A stretch of DNA of 63,528 nt, the filler included, from Octopus bimaculoides (lineage: Eukaryota): NCBI RefSeq assembly GCF_001194135.2. It is 5 parts of 5 records of this genome, joined end to end, with 100 filler letters (N's around TTAATTAATTAA, not from the genome) between each part and the next. Parts side by side here need not be neighbours in the genome. Positions count along the whole stretch, not along the records: positions 1 to 28,990 come from NC_068990.1; 4 more parts are not named here. One strand, given 5' to 3'. Positions within the stretch are counted from its first letter, which is position 1. Each line of letters opens with the position of its first letter. Below the pieces are notes generated by a model. That model was not told the DNA's origin, did no database searches, and worked only from the letters and a program-made list of their open reading frames with translations. The translations under genes and the position numbers were made by a program. Below are positions 1 through 12,708 of this stretch, one piece after another.

Positions 1-2855
1 TCCCTCACTAAAGCATAATAGTAGGAGAAAGGAGACAGAAAAAAAAAGAGTCATCTTCAAAGAGGATGATATGAGTGTAAGGCGTAACTGTGCTAGGTAA
101 GGTGGAGTGAAGATTGACAGGAGAAGGCATGAAAAAGTGGGGGGGGGGATGAGAAAGAAAGAGAGGCAAATGATGGGAGGAAAAAGAAAGAGATTGTGAA
201 AGTAGAGAATCTCACACACTAATATATTCAGACACACACATATATACTTGCACACATACACATAACAAATACTGAAACACCAGAAGTAAATGGAAATATC
301 TCGTCATAATAGTTTTCCAACTTTTTAATTTATTTGTTTGTCTCATGCAGAAAGTTATATAAGGAACGCAGAAAATGTAATTTGTATTAATGCTTTATAT
401 AATGTATATGTGCTTCAGAAAGCCAGCTGCCAGTAATTACATGAGTTGAAAGGCCTAATAGCTTGATAAAAGCAGGTAGCTTACTTTGTCAGCATTATTG
501 GCAAAAAATACAACAGAAAGAAAGGTGCAAGTGTACCTTCTAGATTATATATATATATATATATTTCTTTTCTGCCTCACTATCAATATTTACATAATCT
601 TTTTATCACATGTTTCAGTGGTAGAATTAACATAAAGGGCAATATTGGCTCTTTCTGTTTGACTCTTTTAGGAGGCCTTCTTTGAAAATTTTCAAGGGAT
701 TTTGTAGGCGATACTATTCACACAAGCATCAAAGTAAATAAATGGTGGGCAGTAAACACTGCAAACTTTTTTGCATTCTTTGGTATAAGTCATGAATATA
801 AAAAAAAACAAAAAAACTTTCATTATGTGTATGAATCTCTACATGGAAAAAATATATCATCAACATTTAAATATAAAAGTTTTTATTGTTTTACCTCAAT
901 AGGAATTTATAAATAATAAAATTATATTATATAAAATATAATGAATGCATTTATTATATACCATTTTTAACTGATGTCTTTTAAAATACCATCACTTTTG
1001 ATGGCACAAATATACTAGTGAAAGATAATTGTTAAACCACTGATAATCTCTCTCTCTCTCACTCTCTCTCTGTCTATCTATCTCCACATACACACAGACA
1101 GAAGTACTGTTAGTAAAAATTAATTGGTGAGTTGTTAATCTGAGTCTTTCTTTTTATTAGATAAGACAATATACAGCATATAGTTGTTCATATTAATCTT
1201 CAATGTCATCCTGGTAAATTTTAGTGCTTTCCAACACAAACTCAAGAATTGGCCTAATTTTATTTATCTATCCCCTACATACATAATTAGTTTCCTGTAC
1301 TAAACAGTGTATGAATTACACCAAACTGAAACAGTTATTGATTTGTGGTGATACAGTGACATATCTCATTGTATACTTGCAGTAGTTGAGCTAGCTATGT
1401 GGTACACCAGTACATCACAAACTATATAAGTTTGATCTTTAATTTTATTTAAAAGATAACTTGTGTGAGTTGCTGGCCAATGATCAACATTTCATAGTTA
1501 AAAGAAACCATTTGGGTAGCCAAGTGAATAAATAAGTAAATATATAAATAAATAAAGATAGGATATTAAATTAACAAATCACTAATAAAGCGTAAGGTTT
1601 GTCAAACAATTCTATATTTTCAGGTTAAAATAAACAAATACAACTGTGAAATATATTGATTTGACAATGTTAAGCAAACATTATTTGCTATGTAATTATA
1701 TACTCAGTGTTTCTTTAGATATAAAATGTAAAATATCCTAATGACAATTTGTTTTTATCTCAAGTAAAAGATTATTAAATATACAAATAAATGAATAAAG
1801 AGAAAAGTAAATTAAAAGATTATCTCTTCCATAATTGAACAATTTTACCAGGTATTGATAAATGAACAAAAAACTATGATAGTGAGTTAAAACAATTAAC
1901 TAAGTACGCAAACACTGAGCTCTTGTTTAAGGTTTTCACATACAGACAGATCACAATCTCTTTTTAAAGTATACAAATATACTAAGAATGGGGGAGGTTG
2001 AATATTTCCTCCTTGAACTATCTTTCTGCTTTCTACTACTACCTTTCTACCTTCTTGTTATTACATCTGTGACAACACACTAGCAAACAGATCTCTGTCA
2101 ATTTCAACTGGATTCCCTGCTCACTGAATTAGCATAGTGGCTCAGTATTCCACATATATGTATATCCTTGACATCAGTTGGAATCAGTGTGATACAGGGT
2201 GTGACAAAGCACAATCCAGCCAAAAGACTTCTGCACAATTTCTGTATACCCAATTCCACTCACACAGCCTGGGTCGATTGAAGGCTATGGTAAAAGGCGT
2301 TTCCCCATACTTCCTCACAGTGAACTACTTAACCATTTGACCATGCTCCACATAATGAATAGACACATACACTTGCAACTCGTTATATGTGTATTCAAGT
2401 GCAAGTGATTGTGTACACATCTGAAACAGCACCCTATCACACATGATTCTGATTTTGAACTTCATATTCTCTTTGCCCCAACCCCAATACCTGACACACA
2501 ATCTTACCACATCAATATTCAACAACTACTACATTGTCACGTGCATTCTGTCTGTCTTTTCTATAGTTATATCATTGGTTCCTGCTCTTCTAAACTTGTT
2601 GAATGTAAAGTATCACCTCAGTGTAAATTCATCTGTGTCACCTACTTCTACAGTAATTCATTAACTAAAATTCACATTGAACACTTTACCCAAGAATGCA
2701 CCCTCTGGAATGTCAGCTCTGCATAACAATTGACCTTCACTATTTTAAACTGAACTATGGCTATAGTAAAAATCTGCAAGTTATTTCGCCAATCCTATTC
2801 TCTGCTTCAAAACTTTGGTGATCTTTAGGTTTCTGTCAACAGCTTTTCTGCACCC

Positions 2856-4630
2856 ATTAACTCTTAGGAAAGTTTTGCTGATTTATTTTGACCTAGATAT
2901 TATGATCACCAATAGCCTATGAATTATGGAGTTTTTGTCCTTCACCAACAATCCAAATTCAACCACATGTTGATTCAGATGGCTTGGTACATATCTTGTC
3001 ATTCCAATAATAATGTGTCTAAGCCTGAAAGTACATTTTGGGCACCTTTATTTTTCTTACCAAAAGTAATCAGCTGACTTCACAACAAAGTATGATTTTG
3101 CTTTTGTGGTCCTTAACAATAATATCAAGCTGGTTGCATTTCAGTTTGATTGCTATTTTTATTCTGGAAATTCCACCAAATATTTGCTTGATCTACTGGT
3201 CTCAATATGTCTACCATTATTGGTTGTTACTCATGTCTCACTCTATTGGCTACTACATCACACCTTCTCAGAAGGTAGTGTCTCGAAGACATTCTCATAC
3301 AGTTGGCAGTCTTCAATTTTAGTTTGGCATAACTTACACTTGTAGTGAATTGATGCTTTATTGCTGCTAGAAAATACTTGGTGAGGATTTATTGCTCCTC
3401 AATTGTATGAAAATAACCTATGCCAGGTTCTCACTGTAGTTTATTTCCTCTGTGGTTTGTTTTTTTTCATTTCAAGTAGCTATTTTTTGAATATTCTGTT
3501 GCCTTAAATACAGTTTTCCAATGTTCTTTGGAGAGATCAATGTTAGCTTTTATTTTATGACTTTCCTCAAGTTCATCAGCTATCTTAATATTAGTTTTTA
3601 TGATTGCAAACTTGATTGAGACAGTTGCTGACCCTTTTTCCGATGCTGGAGATGTTGCTTCAGTATTACAATCTGAGCCTCATGTAATGTTAATACTGAC
3701 TGAACACCTTTTGCTATCATATTTCTGTTGAAATACACTGCCTTTGTTTCAATTAATTTTGAGAATAATGAAGAATTTAGTAAAATCACTTTGTAATTAC
3801 TAATCTAGTGTTCAGAACATAAATTGACATAAAATTTTGATGGAAGGTTTTAATGCAGATCACTCTAAAATAGAAAGCTTATATCATAGAACAAGGATGG
3901 TCTTGATCAAAAGGGTCAGGGCCATGATAACTTCCTTGCAAGGGAAATTTAATTTCTTTTCATCTGGTTGCTGTTGAAATTTCCAATGACATTGAATAGT
4001 ACAAACAGTTTTGCTCAGTTTTTTGTAGTATCCAATTTGGAAGGCCAACTGTAGGTGTCAGAGTTGGCAATGAAAAGGTGCAGTGAATGATATGTTGTAG
4101 ACTGAGTGTTCTGAAGACCATATTTTCTTTATTTAATCTTCTCCAAAAGAGTTGTAATTCCCACCATCCATTTCCATAAACGCTATATCTTTTGAGCCTG
4201 TTTAATGAGAGAATGAATAATAGTGCTGTCAAACTAACACCTTGCAACATATCACCATGACAATGTATGATATCAGATTTTATTAGCTTGTTCTCACCTT
4301 TGAGAAGTCAAGTAGTTATTAAGTCTTGACTAAGTATTGAATAGCAGCTACCAGTGTTTGTGGAACTTTGGTTAATGGTATAATACACCCATATGGTATG
4401 CTGTCAATAGTTTTCTGATGGTCCAGTCACCCAGCTATGTTCCTATGGTTCTCTACTGTTTCTTTGTGTATCATTTTACTGATTAGAAGCTATTCTTTAC
4501 AAGCCTATACTTCCTTCTCTCCTTGACCTTGCTGAAGTGTTATAATATTGTTGGTAGTTCAACAATCCTGTAAGAACAGATTGAGGCACCTAGTCTATAT
4601 CTTATACATGATGTTCTGAGAAGTTAATGG
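2856..4630 (-). mobile_element. Decayed R4/Dong-like non-LTR retrotransposon ORF (RT plus C-terminal restriction-like endonuclease), many stops and frameshifts
   Basis: Manual minus-strand translation gives, in order: PLTSQNIMYKI*TRCLNLFLQD, LDHQKTIDSIP (DYQKAFDSIP-like), DMLQGVSLTALLFILSLN (QGDSLS-like), IKKIWSSEHSVYN/LPTLTPTVG, MSSRHYLLRRCDVVA (RHD-like), KCNQLDIIVKDHKSKIILCCEVS (RLE PD..EV-like) and terminal IIIG..YVP...KTFLR. Clade assignment is from motif recall. Confidence 0.72.
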
Positions 4631-4689
4631 TTGGTTGGCTGGTGTGTGTATGTGTGTAGATAGGTATTAATTGTTAAAATGGCAAAGGA

Positions 4690-4935
4690 GGTTCTCTAGT
4701 AGCATCTATATTTACTATCAGACCAAGTAAATCTAATTAAGAAAAATTAGTTTAGATGAGATGCAGTTTGAGTTTGTGCCAGGCATTAATATATGAACAA
4801 TGCTCCTCTTCTTAATAAGATAACTATAGGGAAGGTTCTCAGCAAAGAGCAAGCCATTATGGATAGCATTTGATGACCTGGAGAAGGCCCTCAAAAGAGC
4901 ACAATGCACTCAATTGTTGCTAAGAAACTTAAATG
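4690..4935 (+). mobile_element. RTE-type LINE reverse transcriptase fragment, 5' part (interrupted by mariner)
   Basis: Translates to ...LDEMQFEFVPG..., KPLWIAFDDLEKA, resembling the RTE RT motifs DEMQFGFMPG and AFVDLEKAFD. Confidence 0.7.
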
Positions 4936-4937
4936 TA

Positions 4938-6233
4938 CGAGTGATGTTCATTAAAGATTTTCCCTGACCCACTTCTGATTATTGCAGGAAATGGAACTTG
5001 TACAGGTATAATCATACATGTCTCTACACATCATATTGTAAATTGCAGCATTCCACTAGTATTCATTTGTCTTTTGCAGCTGCTGAAGTGGACTAAGGTC
5101 TTATAATGGAGGCAGTTGAATGCAGATCAGTGATCAGGTTCTTATACTTGAAAGGTCATACACCAAAAGAGACTTTTGACAAGATGAAAGAAGTTTATGG
5201 AAACAATGCACCATCATACAAGTAGTCAAGCACTGGCATTGTCAGTTCAAACATAGTCAGACATTGGTGGAAACTGCTCCTATTCCTGGATGACTACATT
5301 CCACCTTTGATGATGACACCACCCATAAAGTAGAAGCTGCCATATTGGAGGATTGCTGCATAACTATGCAGCAACTAAGCCAAGAAGTGAAGATAAGTGT
5401 AGAGTCTGTGGGAAAAAAATCAGTCATGACCATTTGCAAATGCGGAAGTTGTCTGCAAAATGGATTCCATGGATGCTCACACCTTTTCAGAAGCAGGAAC
5501 AAGTCAATTGCTCCCAGACTCTTTTGGCAATGTGCCAAGAAAACAAGGGGAACTTTTTCGGCAGACTTATCACACAAGATGAAATATGGGTCCATCACTA
5601 TGATCCTGAGACTAAAGTCCACTCGAAGTAATGGAAGCAGAATAATTCACCACCTCTAAAGAAGGCTTGTATCCAACTCTCAGCAGGCAAGGTGATGCTC
5701 ACAGTCTTTTGAGACCAGTGCTGAGTAGTGATAATGGATTTTCTGGAGAAGGGCATCACAATTAATGGGGAATATTATGCTTCTCTGCTGCAGAAATTGC
5801 AGGATGCCATCAAAGCAGAGAGGCATGGCATGCTGACCAAAGGAGTCCACCCGCTCCAAGACAATACCCCAGCTTACAATGTACATGTTGCCCAGATGAA
5901 AGCACACTCCTGTGGCTATGAAATCCTTCCTCATCCACCTTACTCTCCCAACCTCACACCATCTGACTTCCACCTCTTTCCAACCATGAAGTTCCTTTTT
6001 GAAAGGGAAGCACTTTTCAGATGATGATGAACTTATTTCCGAGATAAAGTCTTGGCTCCAGACACAACCTACTGACTTCTACAGATGAGGTCTTCACAGT
6101 TGCATAAAGCAATTGGAGAAGTGTGTCACCATTGGTGGTGGCTATGTAGAGAAGGACTAATAATTATGCCAAGTTTCGTTTATCCCAGTCCTTGAGAAGT
6201 GGGTCAAGGGAAATCTTTAATGAACACTCTTCA
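4938..6233 (+). mobile_element. Full-length mariner (Tc1/mariner, DD34D-type) DNA transposon, ~1.3 kb, non-functional
   Basis: Imperfect ~39-bp TIRs: left CGAGTGATGTTCATTAAAGATTTTCCCTGACCCACTTCT (4938-4976); the right end (6195-6233) reverse-complements to TGAAGAGTGTTCATTAAAGATTTCCCTTGACCCACTTCT. TA on both sides (4936-37, 6234-35). Transposase remnant inside. Confidence 0.93.
5106..6160 (+). pseudogene. Mariner transposase pseudogene
   Basis: MEAVECRSVIRFLYLKG...; WIPWML (WVPHEL-like); ITQDEIWVHHYDPETK; LQDNTP; HPPYSPNLTPSDFHLF (YSPDLAPSD-like); ends GGYVEKD*. Broken by several stops and frameshifts. Confidence 0.92.
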
Positions 6234-6235
6234 TA

Positions 6236-6520
6236 TATGAATGATCATATTCACCATGTACAGAGATGCTGCCAGAAAGGTGACCCGCATGCAAGTTGGC
6301 GTCATTAAAAATTGGCTCTCAATTCTCCCAGTTTATAATAGATCTTCAGACCATAACAAAAGAATTTAAAACTGGCTGTCTGTGAAAGCTCCGATAGACC
6401 AATGACCTAGTTCTCCCAGCATAATTTTAATGAATTAAAGAAAACATTCCAAATGCGAAACAAAGTCTAGACTCAAGAGTTTTTAAATAAATGTAACACA
6501 CAAAAGTTTTAGGATCAGAA
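6236..6520 (+). mobile_element. RTE-type LINE RT fragment, 3' continuation after the mariner
   Basis: Translates to MYRDAARKV..., then FIIDLQTITKEFKTGCL*KLR*TNDLVL, a decayed counterpart of FIIVLQAITEEFKTGCPWELLYADDLVL (YADD motif). Confidence 0.7.
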
Positions 6521-7934
6521 AAGGAAACAGGAGTCTGACATCAAGCCATACTTGATAGGCTGAAAAGGAGTAGCTAGGAACTCTATATGGTGTACTCAAT
6601 CAAACACATCTACTAGACTAGTTCTACTACATTTTTGCAGAATTGCTAACCAACAAAGCTATAAAAACAGAAGCAGAAAAATTATAATATATCAAGGATA
6701 CGATATGTGTAAACAAAAACTAATAGTAAATGCTACGAAATACTTCACTTTTGAATAGTTTCTGACCTTCTACAAAGCAACAACCACTTTTAGAATATTG
6801 CTGACATATTTGAGCTAGAGCAGCAGCTACCACACATACAAACATTCAAGACTAAATCTCAAGAAAGACAATACAATACTGTATGTTTAATAAACTATCA
6901 CTCACCACCATGCTTTTGCCATTAATGCTGCTCCCTGTTTCTTCTACAAATACAACAACATTTCCTTGCATGACTGAACAAATAAGCTGTATACTCAACT
7001 CTATGGTGTTGCTCACTAAACCTGCACTAAACACTTGCTCTATTCTTTCCTTTACAGACCTGCAACTGTCTGGAATGTTCTCTTTCTTCCTGTTTTCTAT
7101 TCAAGACATAAACTTGCCAAAGATCAAGCTGGACATGAACCACTCAAACCTGATCAGTATGAGAGGGCCTGCAGAAGTTTATGGGCACTGCCATTACTTT
7201 CATGACAAAAACAAAATAAACAAAAAATTTGCTCAGGCTCATAAAAAGACAGTCAGACACCAAGACACACATACATTTCTTTGACTAACACAATTAGCAT
7301 AATGTCTATAAAAAGTAAGTTGAACTCATTTACTCTAGACACACAGACATCACTATCATTTGGTAATTATCATCATTCATTAGTGTTGTACATTTTAATG
7401 CCATAGAGCTAAGTCAATGCACTCAACTACCTGTAACTCACTGTTTGGTACTTACTACATTTGTGATAATGAGCAAGGAATTAGCCAATATAATAGCAAT
7501 TTTAGCAGTAAGCTCTCCATATAAATACTTATTCTATTCTTAAATTGCATTATTATTTCTAAATATTTCAATTAATAGTTTTCTTTTTAGACATTTCAAG
7601 ACATAAAAAATAAAAACAAGAATAAGAAATCAAGCAAGTAATCATAGGTGGTAATAACTTAATTAAGAAGATTTATAGATTAAGCTATTTAATACCTCAT
7701 AGCAGCAGTTATGTGTAGCTAGCAAGTGAAACTACTCGGCCTGAAAATCTTGTTGTCATTGACTTCTGAGTAAAGGAGGTATGTATAAAAATATATGAGA
7801 ATTTATTCTATTTATTTCCAAAACCATTTGGATGTAAAACAAGTTGTTCTGGTTCACAAATATTAACCTTAAGTAATGTAAGCTACAAAAATGATGTGGG
7901 AGTTTTTCCCCCTTAAAAATTTTCTTTTTCTATT

Positions 7935-8100
7935 TTTCACACAGACATAGATATGTGATAAAGAAGTTCACTCTACATCAACATAATTTTGGGATAGGTC
8001 TTAGTGCTTAGCATCTAGATTAAGCATCTATAGCATTGGGCCAATCAAATGCCTTGCAAAAGTAATTTGGTACACAAAAACTGCAGGAAGTCCAGCACAT
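7935..8100 (+). mobile_element. Old, decayed copy of the family-A SINE 5' half
   Basis: Recognisable similarity to the family-A head/body (ctatagcattgggccaatcaaatgccttg...tttggtac...aactgcaggaagtcc), followed by (TA)n. Confidence 0.45.
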
Positions 8101-9154
8101 ATATATATATATATATATATATCCATTCTATAGGTATTTTACTTAATTTGGAAGATTTTACTTCCTTTTGGGATTGACAGTTAATTACTTATACAAGTGT
8201 AAGATGATCATCCCAACTCCATAAGCATCCTCAGTTTTGCATTAGTTTCTCCTTGTTAGCATGTGTTACATAGGGATGCAACACATGACCTTTCCATGTA
8301 TTCACAATCCTATTATCCTATGTAAATCTTTTTTTATGCAGTTGATGGCTTTTTAGAGTATCCTTCTGTTAGTAACCACTGTCAAAATAGATGACGATGT
8401 TTATCATGTCTTTCCAAACTCAGAGCATTCTATTTTGGAACAAAGAGCTGTGCCCCAGCCTAAATGAAATATTACTTTTATTTCATTGAATTTATTCTAA
8501 GATGGGCTGCCTTGACTACACTTTATTGGACTGCATATTATTTCACAAGATACATGTGTTAATTCACACAGATCAAACTAGTGTGAAGCTTTAGTTAGAG
8601 AAGCTGTTTTACTCAAATGGAAGGAATTAGGGAGCATCAAATAAAGATGGAGATTTGTAAATAGACACACTCATATATATATGTTGCATGTGTATGTGTT
8701 TTATATATACAAATGGTTGGCAAATCAAGTAGTGACAATGTAAGGTTGACAGGATTATTTAGTCTTGCTGAGTATAAGACAATCTCTGCAGTGCTGGTAC
8801 CACAAAAAAAAAAAAAAAAAAAAAAAAAAAAGCACCCTGCAGCTTGTAAGACTATTTAAAGCAGTTGATGATAGGAAAGGCTTCCAGCCATAAAACTCAT
8901 GCTGAAACTGTGTGTATGTATGTGTGATTGCACAAATATGTACACATGTGGATATTCTACACTTGACACCATTTGAATGAAGTGGTAGGAACATATACAT
9001 TCGTTGTCAATATTATGACCAGTCACTCTGCACTTTCAAAAGCTTCTGGAAAAACATATCCCTTACTAGAAGAGCAAGCATGACTTGGCAACAGGAAGAA
9101 CCTTAAAAATACTTCTTCAATCAAACCCTTGTCTTAACCAAGATGGTGAAGGTA

Positions 9155-9320
9155 CAAGGCATAGTGGCTATGATGTTGGTCACAAGATTGCTGTTTCAAT
9201 TCCCAGACCAGGCAGTGCATTGTGCTCTTGAGCAAAACACTTTATTTCACATTGCTCCAGCTGTAAATGAGTAAAATCTTGTGATGGACTAGTGTCCTGT
9301 CCTGGAAGAATGTTGTGATC
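9155..9320 (+). mobile_element. Decayed tRNA-derived SINE, family C related
   Basis: Shares ttcttgagcaa.acactttatttcac.ttgctccagctgtaaatgagt with the reverse complement of the 56563-56898 copy. Confidence 0.55.
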
Positions 9321-9676
9321 TCATCATTTATATGCCAGTCCTATGTGTTCTAGGACTCTAGACAGTACCTGCATACTTTACTTACCCAAGATAGCATTGA
9401 AATATGACTGTTAAAAAACAAAATAACCATTTGTCTCACTCATATATTAGCTCATTTCCAAGGCCCAACATTTCAGATTTGACTTCACTAGTTATTTCTA
9501 GTGAGGTGGAATGTCTTCCTTCGAAGGGGGTTCTATCTTAGCAATATGTAACTTCTAATCAGCTGACAGTATATTATTATCTAACAGAAGTTTCCCATTC
9601 AGGTTCATGATTATACTAGCAGTGGCAACTATATTTTCAGATGGAAGTTTTATTATTGTTATTAGTAATATTGCTA

Positions 9677-10090
9677 AGGTGGTGGATTGGCAGAATCATT
9701 AGAGCACTAAACAAAAAGTTTTGTAGTTCACTGTGACTCTTTATATTCTTCCTTTAAAATCCCATTAAAGTCAAATTTGCATTTCACCCAAGGTCAATAC
9801 AATAAAATACCAGTCAAAATACTGGAGCATACTGTAACTAAGCCATTCCAATTATGTGACCCGGTGTTAAGGTGGCAAGCTAGTAGTATCATTAGCATGT
9901 TGGATAAACTGCTCAGCAGCATTTTTTCAACTCTCTACATGCTGACCTCAAATCCTGCTGCAGTCAACTTTGCCCTTCATCCTTTTTAAGGTCAATAAAA
10001 TGAAACATCAGTCAAATTCTGGGGTAGATGATAATGACTAACCCTCTCCATCAAATTTCAAGCCTTGTGCCTATATTAGAAACAATTATT
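9677..10090 (+). mobile_element. Two adjacent decayed family-B SINE copies
   Basis: Both resemble the 22294-22502 copy (ggtgg..ag.tggcagaatc.ttag...; gtcaactttgcccttcatcc; aaatttcaagccttgtgccta). Confidence 0.55.
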
Positions 10091-10509
10091 AACAATATTA
10101 TTATTCCAAATATATATACATGAGCCTGATGTTGATACACAAAAGAAAACAAAAGACATGTTATGAACTTGTTTCTTTATAAAAATAAAATACCAAATAA
10201 AGGCAAAAACATTATCTTTACTTTTCATTTCCTGTTCCCATCGATTTCTATGTCAATCAGAGATGAGTGATTCAGGATTGTTTATGTGTTTACAGCTGGG
10301 TGTCCTTAATTTCTCAATAATAAAACATGAGCAAAATCAAGTTTTATTACAACTACTTTGACTAAGATACGAATTGTAAACTGGTTTATTTAAAAACACG
10401 GTATGAAGATCAATGTAATGGTCAACAGGTACTAACTGATGTAACTCCTAAGACTACACAACCAATTATGAATTTGCTTCTTAATGTCTTTATCTGTGTA
10501 TATAAAGAA

Positions 10510-11950
10510 TAATAAAACATCGCTTAACATCCATGTTTGACAAAATGTGATGGACTCAAGGAGTGCATCATACTATAATGTCAGCTTTGGCATCATTTCT
10601 ATGGCTGAATGCTTTTCCTAATGCCAAACACTTTACAGCATGTATTGGGTGCTATTTTTTTGTGCTACTAGTACTAGAGAGGTTGTCATGCAGCTTGTAA
10701 GACTACAAACCCCAAGAGAGCAACTTTATGTTAAGAGATGAAGAATAGAGAGGGGTAAAGCATGACAGAAAAGGGCCAGAGCAGAACATGCTTTGCATTA
10801 TAGAGGAGCTGTATGACTACTCACATGTTAGAAGAGAGGGTGGGAGTGATCAGATGGAACTGGAAAGTGACAAAAATTGTGATGGGGTGTCAGAGTGGAT
10901 CTTCAAGGTACAAAGTGGGTAGGAATAAGTGGGGCCAGGACTGAGTGGTGGAGTAAAGGATGCTTGATGGTGCAGAGATATGAATATGTATTTTAAATGA
11001 GAGTAAAGAGAAAAGTAAAAGTTAGGGCCAGTCGATAAAACAAACTCTGCTTGGTTAACAACAAAGAGTAAATTAATATTTCATTGGTTTCTCAACTTAC
11101 ATGTATGTAACCAACAATATTTTCCTTGTCCTAACAATTACCTACTCATAATAGAGTGCCACTGCCCAAAACTATTTCCAAAGAAATCTCAGCAATTTAT
11201 TTAGTATTGAAAAGTTAATAAGGACATTCAACTGTAAACATGAAAGTACTTCAGAATCATCTATCATCAACAGTGACATAGAAATTGATGGGAAATCGCC
11301 ACCGTCACCGCCACTGCCACCGCCACCACTACCATCATCATCATCTATCTTCTGTGCTGACATGGATTGGATTGGATTGGTTCAATAGGGTTGGATGAGT
11401 TGGAGGATTAGGTCATGCCCAAATATTTGCTGCTTTGGCAAGGTTTCTATGGCTGGATGCCCTTCCTAACATCAACCACTTTACAGAATGTACTAGGTAC
11501 TTTTTTGTGGCACCAATGCTAGTAAGGTTGCCATGTAACTTGAAAGAGAAGAACCTCTTTGACTGAGTGGGAGGGAGTACAGTTGAGAGGAAGTAGTTTT
11601 ATGTTAGGTGATGAGAAGTTAAATTATTAAGGACAGGGCTGGAACAGGTTTCTTGCTGCAGAGGAGATACAAAGCTACTTGCATCATAGAAGAGTGGATG
11701 AGAGTAGTTGGGGTACAGCTAGAAAGAGAGATGAAGACGGAAGTGTCAGGATGAACCCACACAAGATGAATAGGAGTGGGAAACAGAACAGGAGGTTGCA
11801 AGCATGTGGGGATTGTTAAAGACGAGGTGAGAGTAGGAGGATGAATATAATGCCTAATGAACAAAAGTGGAGGAGTGACTGATGGGAGAGTAGGCAATAG
11901 CTGAAGAGACTGGATAGGGTTGCGGGATGGATGTTCTGAATGGTGAACAA
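10510..11950 (-). mobile_element. Two decayed retroelement 3' ends (LINE/SINE tail family ending in (GAT)n)
   Basis: Both carry ttctatggctg.atgc..ttcctaa..(c/t)caa.cactttacag (about 10595 and 11445) and start with a catcatcat/aacatc tail on the + strand. The same tail family occurs in + orientation at 22720-22950 and 23175-23228. Confidence 0.5.
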
Positions 11951-12290
11951 AGTTACCAAAAGTATGCCCACGTCTCCCATATGATCACTAAATGTGAAAA
12001 CAATACTTTGTTTTTATATGGTATTTTATTTAATTAAAGAAACAAGTTCATAACACATCTGTTATGTTTTGTTCTGCATGACAAAATCAGGCTCATTTAT
12101 GCTTTTGTATAGCAATATTAGTAATACTATTTTCTAAATTAGACCCAAGGTCACACTGTGGGGGCAGGGCAGTTGTTAACATTAATATTTCACAAGCAAT
12201 CAGACATCCTTAAATGTTCATAAAAGAAAAAAAAAATGTGTATGTAGGAAATAAGCAACAGATTTTTTTTTTAAATGGTGATTTACTCAC

Positions 12291-12424
12291 AGCTAGTTGT
12301 TCTGCAGTCCAAGTATCTAAGTTTACTGACTTCACCTTGGATATATGTACACCAAGGTTGCGATGAATACCCGCACAGCGGATACATAAAAATATGCCTA
12401 GATTCCAGGAAGCCCATCGTGGCC
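12291..12424 (-). CDS. SMAP1/2: Internal coding exon of a SMAP1/SMAP2-like ArfGAP (second half of the ArfGAP zinc finger plus catalytic Arg)
   Basis: Minus strand reads (G)[44 protein letters not shown], nearly identical to the SMAP ArfGAP domain as I recall it. Acceptor ...TTTGATGTAG|GG at 12425, donor GCT|GTGAGT at 12290. Length 134 nt, phase 1 to phase 0. No flanking SMAP exons found in the window. Confidence 0.93.
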
Positions 12425-12708
12425 CTACATCAAAGAGAAAGTAAGAAAACATTCAGTGAAACTTGTCATTTATTTGTGATAACATTCTTATAATAAAATC
12501 TATTAAAACAAAAAAACACGCAAATAACAGTTTCAATAAATTCTATTTTTACTAGTGAAACTCAATTAACTAGCATAAGATAGTTGAGTTGAAGCAGAAA
12601 GTAATTCAAAAGCAGATTGGCCGCTAGTTAGGAGCAAGGTTAGAATTTATGGTATTGTGATTTCACTTCTATGAAGGTGACCTCTTAGGTCAATGCATAA
12701 AATAGGCA

